Shown here: positions 1-9,383 of the stretch, piece after piece
Position numbering within the stretch: the stretch's first letter is position 1
Layout: each line of letters opens with the position of its first letter
Made by a program: the position numbers and the translations under genes
Assembly: GCA_900617105.1 (NCBI GenBank)
Contig: UYFQ01000339.1
Span: 1-36,410 of the forward strand
Origin: Hydrurus foetidus
Taxonomy: Eukaryota
DNA length: 36,410 nt
Direction of reading: 5' to 3'
The notes under the pieces: generated by a model
Database searches by the model: none
Seen by the model: the letters and a program-made list of their open reading frames with translations, nothing else
Told to the model about the DNA's origin: nothing

Positions 1-3000
1 TTGCAACAATAGGATTCCAGGAACTATCACCACATTGAGAACAAGTCCTTTTGTGCTGATCCAATTTGTATACCTTCTCATCTACTGAGTGTAGACAGCT
101 CACTGATAAGTATCCAGAATACGTTTGACAATACGGACGAAGACAAGCCTTACTAACTTGCACCGATGATGCTGATTCTGAAAAATCCGTACCACAAGTG
201 TAAGTTTGTGATTGATTTTCTAAGAAAGCGTTTACCTGAGATTTATCGTCTTCTTTTATTTTCGTTCCTCCCACGAGAAAAACCGATCTAGGTTTGCCAC
301 AGTTCTTGCATCTTATCGTTGTGTACAGATTCTTGATGACACATAAAGATGATGATTTAATTTCAGCACCTATAATATAAGTATAAAAGATATAATTTCA
401 GTGACACGTCGGTTGGGTATGAAGATTAATACAACCATATGAAAATAGTGTACCTTTGGTATTGACCGGGGAGACTGTCCATTTACTTTTCGCTTCAACA
501 ACACTTAGGCTCGGGACATATTTGTCCCCAGCATTTGACTCGCCATTGTCGATTCGATATTTCGCCAAAGAATACGGCAAGTATTCAGAACTTTGTTTCT
601 TACTCATAATATCTTTAACTGGACAAGGCATGAATTCAGAGAGAGCGAACAAAGAGAGCAATTGATGAGGCCGTTGAGAATTGAAGGGACATGATGGGTG
701 GCTTTCACCAATGAAGTCATCTGGATTTCTACCTGACTTGATTTCCTCTACTGCTGTCACTTTCCAACAGACTGCTTTGATCTGAAAAGTGTATGCAGAT
801 TTGAAACAGTGTGTTGAAATATACTCGTTTACACTCTTCGGTTTTTTGTATAGTTCCTTCATTTTATTTGATGTGAATACATCTGATTGTTTGAAATTCG
901 GTACTAAATATTCTCCTGTGGCTGGATCAAGAGATGATAAGGATTGTACAAATTCACATAGATCTGAATTGCCTGCAATATATCCACGTTTTATCTCATT
1001 ATCAGCCCACACTAAGTTTTGAAATCTTAGAGCCATCTCTTCGCATGCACCTCCAATTGACTCCATAGCTGCGTCATGAAAATCGACGTTAGCTTCAAGT
1101 CTTTCCCTCAGCCCAGATAAGCCATTAGAAGATCTCCAATGCTGCTCTAACCATTCTGTATCATTTTCATTAGATTCCATGCTCGCTGAACTTGAGCCTT
1201 TATCACTCATGCGCATAGGTAATCGTGTGAAGCACATACTATAAAGAGCCAAGTTGAGATTCGACATAACTCTCTCCACTTCATTTGTCCAGCTATTCTG
1301 GGGGCATGACCTTCCAACTATAAGTTGATCGAATTCTAGCATACGGAACATAAGTATTAGACCAATCTTTACTGACAGGAATGTCAAATTGTGTTCCGGT
1401 CCACCATCTGTCAATAGAAATCCCATAGACTGCTCTTGTGATTTCACTCTCTGAAGCAAAAGGCCTAGTTCAGTGTGAGCTCTTACGACCGTACTCGGTT
1501 GCATTGTACTGCTTTTTACTGCAACGTACACTTGACCATGATAAAATGATTCGGTGGGATCCTCAGGTATAACACATAGCAATGTGACCGTGGGTACAGC
1601 GTTATCACGGTTAGATCCTGCATCGTGATCCCCACCTCCAAATAAAGTTTGGCATCCCACACCACTAACAGGATGTATAGTAGGTTTGTTTCGCTCTGTT
1701 GCTAACGCTTGTCGTCCTGGTTCTCCAATTGGTACCTGTAAATAAAGAAGAAGAATAAACGAAATTGACTAATTTAATAAAAAATCTGCTGATTTTATTG
1801 CCCACCTTATTTTTGTCGTCCACTTGAATAAACATTGAGATATCCCTGTTCTCAACCGCATACTCTTTCATATACTTTTTCACAATTTGTGTGTATTCAA
1901 AGTCAATGTGCTTTACATGATTAGATCTTCCGGATAACGAGAGTTGAAACGGTAAATTAGAGAAGTATCTGTCCGCTTTCATTACGTACTTATTCTTTGG
2001 TGTAAACTGTTTGAGTAAATAATTATACGACGGAATCATTTCATAAGCTTCCTGAACATTTCCGAGATTTTGGTATATGTCTTTGGAAACTAAGCGATGG
2101 AGTTCTCTGACAGATGTGACGTGGGTCACAACCTCCCGACTGCCGTGCCTTTTTGCTAAGGCTCCTTCGACGCGCTTCATGCACAATGCATTGCACATTT
2201 TGAAGAATTCCTCAAACTTTCTAGGTTTCTCAATTATGTCGCAAATATCTATGACGACTGATGAATCGACTGCACCTTGTGACAAAATGACAGATGCTAA
2301 GTCTGAAGGTACTTTCATTTTGTCATATTTTAATCTCTGTAGTACAGATTGCAATTTGAGACTCATTGCCGAAATTCCTGTTCCATCACTCATGATGTCT
2401 TGAATGTTTAATCGAATATGTTCCAAGGCTGAATCTTTGATGTCATCGCTGATTTTTTTTAAAACTTCCGAATATTTTTTCAACACCTCCGGACTAGTCA
2501 CATTGGCCCCAAGCGGTAAAGATATTAGATATCTAATAAACCTGTGATCACTCTCATTCTCTCGTTTGACCATTATGGAAGGTCTTTCAAAGTGGGAACC
2601 GTTTACTTTGTCTACAACTGACTTGTAGTAAAGAAATCTTTGTCGTCTACCCTATTATCATAGATTTAATAAGAAATTAATTGATAATGTATTGCCAAAT
2701 AATACAAATGATCAAGCATTATTCAATACAAGAAGTACTTAAATCTCCACTTACTTTATTTTCAAACGAATGCAATGCCAAATATTCATACTCTGCAGCC
2801 TTTGCGAAGGCGTTTGTCACCTCGACATAATTGGGTCCAACTGGACAGAAAGGACCTAAATGAATCATCTCGATGTGCATTGAGGTAGTCCAACAATAGC
2901 TGTTTAACTCAATCAAAGCTCTTCGTTCGAATTGATTCTCAGTTTTCTTCCGATTACTTACTATTATCCTAGAATTCGAAATTTTGTGACGCATCAGAAA

Positions 3001-4113
3001 CTGCATCAATGCATCAAATCGAAGCTTCATATTAGTCCATGGGGGACATATACAATAACACAATAGGTCAGAACTGACAATCCTTTTAAGACTTTCAATG
3101 ATTTTGTCACAACCTAATTGAGTTAACAAATAAACGGAGTTAATAATTTTCAAGTAGATTTAGTAATAGTTAGTTTAATGATTACTATAATCAAGTAAGT
3201 AACTAATTAATCAGTTAATAATGAATATTAATAATTTATGAATAATCTAATTCATTAATACAATAATTATGATAATTAATGGAATAATTGTGCGAATTAG
3301 TTTGATTCTTATAGTAATTATAATATTGTAAAAAATCGTACCTCTATTATCAATTTGATTTTCATCGTCATGGTTTGAAAAGCCGCGCAATGAAGGTGAA
3401 TTGAAAAATGGTCCCAAAACAGAGCATGACGCAAAACTGAAATCAGCTGCTACAATTTTGGACCATCGAAAATTAAGTCTGCTCAGTAACAAGCAAAATC
3501 TCTCGAAAAAGATGTACAGTGTGTGATTGCGGTCCTGAACAACTGCCTTCGTGAACCGAACCTCATTAGCTCTGAAAAGCAGATCAATGGTACAGTCCCA
3601 TTGCCTCTCTAAAAACGGTTGATGAAAAACTGAGCGATGTATATCTAGGGCACACCATTCACAACGAGACAACGGTAAAAAATCCCCTTTTTCTTCGCCC
3701 TCTCTGGCGGCGCGAATTGACGCTCGATCAGGATGTGATAGGAACATGTTGAATAGCGCGACTTTTCCCGTCTCTATTTCCACTGGAACAGTTTTCTGAC
3801 TGCGATGTAGCTGGAAAGTTACGTGGAAAATCTTTGAGAAGTCGAGAAGTAATAAATGCCAAAGCTCCGTCAAATCAGAAATTGAGACGGACATGATCTG
3901 TTCGCTATCTGCCAATTTGCGATTGAGAATCACCAGATCTAGACCGCGAGATACCAAGTGTGGGAGGTGGCTGAAAGTAGTCGAGGACAAAATGATGAAA
4001 ACTTCGATCAAGTTCGACTCGGGAGGAAAAGAAACTTTCGCCCGAACGTAAGTTATTGACGACGGCGGCAATTCAATATCTGGATCCACAACAGTGAACA
4101 AAAAGACTGACAT
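1..4113 (-). CDS. Spliced five-exon gene, >1209 aa, 3' end outside the window; DDE transposase-like (Zator / TP36-ISAzo13-like core) with a Cys-rich C-terminus. Exons 4113-3342, 3113-2755, 2651-1806, 1735-454, 369-<1
   Basis: Four GT-AG introns join the ORF-track fragments in matching phase with no stop. Splicing creates IQVDDKNK|VPIGEPG...DHD...FLLTDGGPEHN...RSCPQNSWTNEVERVMS (candidate triad: D at 1820-1815, D 1408-1406, E 1276-1274). This parallels, from recall, the ISAzo13/TP36 motifs (ISVDTKKK..HDF..LLITADGG..SKWNKIEH). The last exon reads CKNCGKPR..YTCG..CSQCG. Confidence 0.8.
370..453 (-). other. Intron 4 (84 bp, phase 1)
   Basis: AAAG|GTACAC ... TTATATTATAG|GTGCT; removes the stop at 398-400 and opens a stop-free Cys-rich exon to position 1. 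Confidence 0.82.
1736..1805 (-). other. Intron 3 (70 bp, phase 0)
   Basis: AAG|GTGGGC ... TTCTTCTTTATTTACAG|GTACCA; polypyrimidine tract; restores the DDKNK-VPIGEPG motif. Confidence 0.88.
2652..2754 (-). other. Intron 2 (103 bp, phase 0)
   Basis: AAA|GTAAGT canonical donor ... GATAATAG|GGTAGA; AT-rich; joins HSFENK to GRRQRFLYY in frame. Confidence 0.85.
3114..3341 (-). other. Intron 1 (228 bp, phase 1)
   Basis: AGAG|GTACGA ... CTCAATTAG|GTTGT; extremely AT-rich interior with TAA/TAG-like repeats; both flanking frames give phase 1 (G|GT = Gly). Confidence 0.75.
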
Positions 4114-4572
4114 TTTGCTCGAATACTGGATTCAGTAGACGCAGATTTACAATCAACCTTGAAACCTTGATTGTGATATCGCCAAAGTGTATGATATGTG
4201 ATGTGATGATGTGATGTCGTGATGAGAGCGACGGTACACATCTCAGGGAAGAACCATCTATATTTTATCCGGTATTCATGCGTGAAGGTTCCGGAATTTT
4301 TCATTAATTACGGTTCTAGTTCCGAATTTAAAAAAAAAGGTCTGGGTCCCACTGGCGTCCTCTACCAGAAATCAAGATGATCACGAGATGAGCTCAGAAT
4401 CATCATCAGACTTATATTTAAAGAGAAAAAACGAAAAAACTGTGGCTAGTAGTACTCGCTGAGAAAATAGTACTTGAGTGGTCGGCAAAAAATCAGCAGT
4501 TTCTTCAATTTTACAGTGGAATGTCTGAAAATTATATTATCATGTTATCTTTTATATTTGCTTCCTTTATAA

Positions 4573-4645
4573 ACACTAATGGTGTAGTGGTCAGGTGCCA
4601 CGGTTTTCGGCCAGAGGTCGTGAGCCCGAGCCTCACACAATTTGT
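4573..4645 (+). pseudogene. Degenerate tRNA-like sequence (tRNA pseudogene or SINE head)
   Basis: A-box-like TGGTGTAGTGG (4580-4590); T-arm geometry GTGAG-CCCGAGC-CTCAC (4619-4636, 5-bp stem and 7-nt loop, TTC replaced by CCC); possible 7-nt loop TTTTCGG; acceptor stem does not pair. Confidence 0.5.
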
Positions 4646-4831
4646 AGCCGATGGTAAATGTTGCCCATCACGAGTCAGGGGGGGGGGGAGTTCCAGTAGG
4701 ACGTGATTACTCTAGATAAGACTGCGCCGCCCAGGGCCATTGTTATCGAAACGAAAATTGGGGGTGGGTCTCTATGGGGGGTTCCAGATAGGCATTATTT
4801 GCTGCGTAGGCCCATATGCAAAAAAATATTA

Positions 4832-4849
4832 GAGTGCGTTCGGTGACTT
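4832..4849 (+). repeat. Left TIR of the Harbinger element
   Basis: Reverse complement of 7389-7406 with one mismatch; preceded by TTA. Confidence 0.93.
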
Positions 4850-5021
4850 CCACTTTACATTACACTGGATTGGAAAATACAACGTATTGCAAACACCCAG
4901 TGGATTCGTGGGTCCAGTGCATGACGAATAAAATGTTCACCGAACACAATTGATCGATGTCACTATCGAACAACATCACTGCGGCACAACAATATAACCA
5001 AACATTGCGCTGCAGCACAGC

Positions 5022-6188
5022 ATGGATGAAATTGGCATTTGCGGCGTCGATACCATCACTCTCGTAGCTCTTATTCTACTCGATGAAACTGAGCAACGTG
5101 GGCAACCTGTTCCGCAGCACAACTCGGTGCTGACAGGACAAATCTACTTACAGGAGCTTCTTCTGACGGAGAGCACCGCACGGTTTAAGAATGTTACGAG
5201 GATGGATAGACCTACATTCCAGAGTTTGCTGTTACTTTTGGAGACTCACGGAGGTTTCGGTGATTCTAAATACATTTCAGCGGGCGAAAAATTACTGGCG
5301 TTCATTCTAGTCCTGATAGGCAATTCGAATAGGGAAATTAACGAAAGGTGGCAGCATTCTGGTTCAACAATATCGTTACTGGTGCATGAAGTTGCAGAGA
5401 CTTTCAAGCGATGTCAGCAACACTTCTGGTGCCCTGTGAAGAGAGATGACCCAACACAACCTGAAATAGCACAGAATCCGAAGTTCTGTCCGAATTTTGC
5501 GAACTGTATCGGTGCTCTCGACGGCACGCACATTCCTGCGATCGTTCCATCAGCTGAGCAACGACCGTTCAGAAATAGGAAGAAGCAATTATCGCAGAAT
5601 GTTCTGGGTGTGGCGAACTTCAATCAAACTTACAGCTATGCTCTAACTGGTTGGGAGGGTTCGGCGCACGATAGCCGCGTGTTGAATGACGCAAAATTGA
5701 GAGGTCTCCCACTTTTTCCCGGCAAGTACTATCTTGGAGATGCAGGATACGCGTTGTCTTGGCATGTCTTGACTCCATACAGAGGAGTGCGATATCATCT
5801 CAAAGAATGGAGAATAGGTAATGAGGGACCTCAAAATGCTCGAGAGCTTTTTAATCTTCGCCATTCTTCCCTCAGAAACGTTGTAGAAAGAATATTCGGT
5901 GTAGTCAAAAAACGATTTCCGATGCTTGTTGCCATGCAATCTTATTCATTTCTTTTTCAATGTGACCTAATATCATGCACATTTATGTTACACAACTTTA
6001 TTCGCACTCATCAACTCTATGATGACGATTTTGATGACGTTCAGCTAGACAATGATGATCCTGATCATGATGATGTCGAAGAAGTTGAAATTGTCGGTAA
6101 TGTCAATCAGCTGAATGCATGGAGGAATGGGATAGCTGATGCAATGTGGGAAGATTATTTGAACCATTTGAATGCTAATGATGATTGA
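5022..6188 (+). CDS. Harbinger transposase / HARBI1-like DDE nuclease (388 aa, intronless)
   Basis: CIGALDGTHI (D 5520), GWEGSAHDSRVL, YYLGDAGY (D 5739), LTPYRGVRYHL, FNLRHSSLRNVVERIFGVVKKRF (E 5886), LHNFI, acidic tail, WRNGIADAMW; N-terminal RMDRPTF/EKL..F HTH-like region. Confidence 0.96.
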   Translation: MDEIGICGVDTITLVALILLDETEQRGQPVPQHNSVLTGQIYLQELLLTESTARFKNVTRMDRPTFQSLLLLLETHGGFGDSKYISAGEKLLAFILVLIGNSNREINERWQHSGSTISLLVHEVAETFKRCQQHFWCPVKRDDPTQPEIAQNPKFCPNFANCIGALDGTHIPAIVPSAEQRPFRNRKKQLSQNVLGVANFNQTYSYALTGWEGSAHDSRVLNDAKLRGLPLFPGKYYLGDAGYALSWHVLTPYRGVRYHLKEWRIGNEGPQNARELFNLRHSSLRNVVERIFGVVKKRFPMLVAMQSYSFLFQCDLISCTFMLHNFIRTHQLYDDDFDDVQLDNDDPDHDDVEEVEIVGNVNQLNAWRNGIADAMWEDYLNHLNANDD

Positions 6189-6212
6189 TATTACAATGAT
6201 GCATTTTTCATT

Positions 6213-7133
6213 TTATAATTCAAAGTCGATCAAATCTAAACAGTCTTTAATGCTCTCAATGATTTCATCATCGTCTTGAGCCAGAAACATTTCGTAATTG
6301 TCCTTCAAGTACTTCTGGTACTTGAGCTTCTGCGCGGGGTTTAAGTTCGCTGAGTACTTGCTCTTGAAAATGTGGAACGCCTTTGAGAGGTAGCTTTCTT
6401 TACTGTGTATGTCGATCAGTTTTCTTTGGTTTGCCACAATTTCTTCTAAGAACTTGTTCTTCGATTCTCCGGGCCTTTCTTTCAATTTCCTGGCCTGTAC
6501 TGGCAGTGGTTTGACGCCGGCCAGAGCCGGCTTATCTTCGTCACTCGGCTTCGACTGTTTCTTTTACACATCATCGATTGGGCTGCAGAAGATGACCTCT
6601 CCCCTCGAGTGCTTCTGTCCAGCGAGAGATGAGATCGCTTTGCCGCTGTCGTCTTCAGAACCCTCGCTCAGCTCTATACCACGTCTTTGAGATGGTGTCA
6701 CTGGTACTGATGATTGGGCATACTTGCCAGTAGCGCTTTTACCCGAGAAGATACAATCCAACTCTTCGAAAGACTTGAGTGGCTTGTCGAGAAACTGGAT
6801 AGCTTTTGGATGGGCTTTACAGAAGGCATCCCAGACGGAATCGGATGCCGTGGGTCCGTTGGTGATGGGGTCGACTCCAAACCCACTGTTGTCTAGCAAG
6901 GTACTGTAAATGACATACTGCGATTTGAGTACGCTGTAGTAACTTTGACATTGCTGCTTGTTGAACTGCCTCCCGGAGGCTGCATTAAGGTCATCTACGA
7001 TGTGTCTCCAAGCTGCTTTTTTTAAGCCCGTGTCGACAAAGGTGCCTGACTCTACTTCCCTCACCATTGCATTGATAAAGTAGCGTCGATTGTCATCGTT
7101 CCAATCTGCCTTAACATTTCCCTTCTCTGTCAT
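6213..7133 (-). pseudogene. Myb/SANT-like DNA-binding partner of the Harbinger element, ~306 codons, interrupted by one in-frame TAA at 6566-6564
   Basis: W(N)DD..YFI...GLKKAAW..I...LN.....F...QC......LK..Y.....L...SGFG.D......A....W......HP.A..F..KP...FEEL..IF.G..ATG is the plant/protist Harbinger Myb/SANT pattern. ORFs 6564-7133 and 6213-6485 share a frame, and the 26 codons between them are open. Confidence 0.85.
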
Positions 7134-7388
7134 CGTGAAAAACTAGTATGTGCAAGATGGAGTCTTGTTATGTGATGCTCAACAGCTATCAAGATACTTC
7201 GGCGATTTGAGGAGCTCCTGAAATCCAGCAAAAGATATTCGACGAAATAGTCGAATCTGGATTCGAATGGATTTGGAGGAGTATTCTGGATTGAATCTCG
7301 ACCGAACACTTCTCTGGACGGGATCAACCACTGTATGGTCGGAATCCAGTAAAACTGGGGGTAATCTCGAAAATCCAGTAAAATATTC

Positions 7389-7406
7389 AAGTTACCGAAC
7401 GCACTC
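7389..7406 (-). repeat. Right TIR of the Harbinger element
   Basis: AAGTTACCGAACGCACTC followed by TTA. Confidence 0.93.
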
Positions 7407-7484
7407 TTATATATATATGCGATATATGCACATTCACGGAAATTATATATATGCACCGAATATATGCAATTTCTTGGTCCATTA

Positions 7485-7747
7485 GTGCATTCCTTGTGGG
7501 AGTACAAAAACAAAGTACAAAATTGGAGTTTTTGTTGACTTTGTCTCGCTCTATCGTACCTTGTGGGGAACAAAACAAAAAATAAAAATCCATTTTTTTG
7601 TTTTTTCAACTTTGTCAGGTCCTTCCGAGACAAAAAAGACGTGAAAATTTGTCTGGCAAATCGGCGAGACAAAGTTGCGCCAAATATCACCAAAAAAAAA
7701 AAACTCAAATTTTGTATTTTGTACTTTGTCTCCAACAAGGAATGGTC
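7485..7747. mobile_element. Non-autonomous fold-back MITE (263 bp, Tourist-like TTA duplication)
   Basis: TTA at 7482-7484 and 7748-7750; ends GTGCATTCCTTGT / ACAAGGAATGGTC; imperfect ~46-bp inverted arms (7488-7533 vs 7699-7744); inner perfect 12-bp IR ACTTTGTCTCGC (7538-7549) / GCGAGACAAAGT (7664-7675); no coding capacity. Confidence 0.8.
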
Positions 7748-8125
7748 TTACACGTCGATAATTTTCTGCCAAACCTAAAATACGGAAACGGTTACCTCAC
7801 TTTCACCACTGAAGTCTTCGTGTATTCTTCAATCCAATGCTATCGCAGTCCACTAGATACATTAAGACATCGTTGTACAATCGTCTCTGAGCTTTACTGC
7901 CAGTCAGTTTTTTTTCAAGCTGGTCAACATTAGTGGAGTTGTCTAGTTTGTATGACATTAGACGGATTAAAAAAATAATTCCGATTTATCTCTTAACGTC
8001 CTCCAAATCGTGTTAATTGCAAGTCATATCTCCTGGAAGTAATCGCAGCTAGCGGAGAATCATTGAATACCTTCTAAATCTATAATAAGATCTTTTGTTG
8101 GTAGCTCTGCTAACAGATACCCTTT

Positions 8126-9297
8126 GTGTCGAGAATGGTTTGTGAACTGCGGTATCTGCCACTGATATTGGACAGGGAGATAGCGAATGCTATGGCCATT
8201 GCCATCGCAATGAGCAGTCCAATCATTCATTTTGACTTTCGTGATGCTCAGGCTATTTTGTCTGACCTGGATAGTGAAGTTCACGCCGAACCGCGTGTCA
8301 AAGGCAGAAGCGTTCGTCGAATTCAGCTGTTTCGAATCCCCATGTTGATTCATCTCCAGCTTGGACTCTCATTGCATAGTCTGCGAGTGTACATCGCAAG
8401 AACGTATTCTGTCCTATTTCTTCAATCAAGGAAGATCACAGATTATTACAAACATCTTGACCAAAACTACAATGCTTACAAGATGAAAGTATTGGAAGAT
8501 GGTACCAACATAGGCCAAGAGAAAATCGAAAGCATTTATAATAACTTTATCAAATTCCTGGCCTTGTAGAGAGAAGTAATCTCAAATAATCCGTTTCTTC
8601 ATATTCCATGCTCACCAGCAACTATTGAAAAGGTCAGCTCCCCGGTAGTCAACCCTTCAATAATAGTTACTCCATTTGAAACAGTATCCCAAAAGGCATA
8701 AAAAAATGAATAAAAGATCTAATCACCCTTCGGAAAAAGAACTGAAACAAACCATTAATTTTAAAAGATTAAGAGAAAGTTTGCGATACATTGAAAAAAT
8801 AAAAGTGACATTGAAAGCAGTGTACCAAAAGAAGAATCAATAGGTGAAACACTAATTAAACTAATTGCTACTCAAAATAAATATTACAAAATGATTAATA
8901 GTAAATCATGCCTGTCGGTGAGAACTGGATTACATATTCAGGACCTGTGCTGATCGGATCGTGCGATTATCTAATTGTGGGTGCAGTTTGGAAATGATGC
9001 CCACTATGATAGAAATAGTGCTAAAGATGTTATATGGAGATGTAGATGAAAGGAGTATAAGAAGCATTGTGAAAGCAACGTCAACTTATTCTAATTCTGC
9101 TGAGAGAACAGCTGCTCTTGTCAAGAGAATGTCCAGCAGTCACTTTTTGGTCCGAGACAATGCTTCGACAATCCTTAATTCATATTTAATAATGGATGCA
9201 ACAAATAAGGGAAATAAGAGTCTGGTTGCGAAGCTGTTTAATTACGTCTGTACTGATGGTATCGTGCGATTAGGTTCTTTCAATGTCGACAATACAG
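8126..9297 (+). pseudogene. Decayed coding region, probably the N-terminal part of a DDE-type transposase, with stops and frameshifts, cut off at the satellite
   Basis: Coding-like stretches continue through the TAG at 8567-8569 and across frameshifts to ORF 8961 (RLSNCGCSLEMMPTMIEIVLKMLYG...STYSNSAER...YLIMDATNKG...FNVDNTG). The hydrophobic strand plus D resembles a first catalytic Asp. Ends at donor-like CAG|GTATGA (9298). The 5' boundary is uncertain. Confidence 0.4.
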
Positions 9298-9383
9298 GTA
9301 TGAAACATGACATTGTGTTATTAAGATTTTGGTTAGGATTTTTGTTATTGCTGCATACAAAACAGTTCCTATTAATTTCCTAT

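Larger units (their letters stand above)
4832..7406 (+). mobile_element. Complete PIF/Harbinger DNA transposon (2575 bp)
   Basis: TIRs GAGTGCGTTCGGTGACTT (4832-4849) and AAGTTACCGAACGCACTC (7389-7406), 17/18 match; TTA duplication at 4829-4831 and 7407-7409; encodes a DDE nuclease plus a Myb/SANT protein, the defining two-gene layout. Confidence 0.96.

Noticed and set aside
456..2403. Plus-strand ORFs 456-665, 789-1022 and 2077-2403
   Set aside because: Antisense shadows of the spliced minus-strand gene with no recognisable motifs.
4053..4706. ORFs 4053-4304 and 4521-4706, and the GTGAT/GAT micro-repeat at about 4190-4225
   Set aside because: Short, with no motif; they overlap a simple repeat and the tRNA-like remnant. 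No splice link to the main gene was established.
6564..6566. Alternative genetic code (TAA=Gln) to explain the in-frame stop
   Set aside because: More than 1500 other codons in the two long genes contain no in-frame TAA/TAG, and the Myb gene itself ends in TAA at 6215-6213.
5414..6909. Small ORFs 5414-5623, 5643-5939, 6409-6690, 6698-6886, 6714-6896 and 6724-6909
   Set aside because: Antisense or off-frame overlaps of the two Harbinger genes.
7751..7778. ...CTGCCAAACC-TAA as a possible GG-starting terminus of the Zator-like element
   Set aside because: The partner end would lie outside the window, so a CC+TAA match alone cannot be told from chance.
7130..7933. ORFs 7130-7738, 7267-7485, 7387-7593, 7551-7772, 7563-7778 and 7598-7933
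   Set aside because: They cross TIR, TSD and MITE boundaries and have low-complexity F/K composition from A/T tracts.
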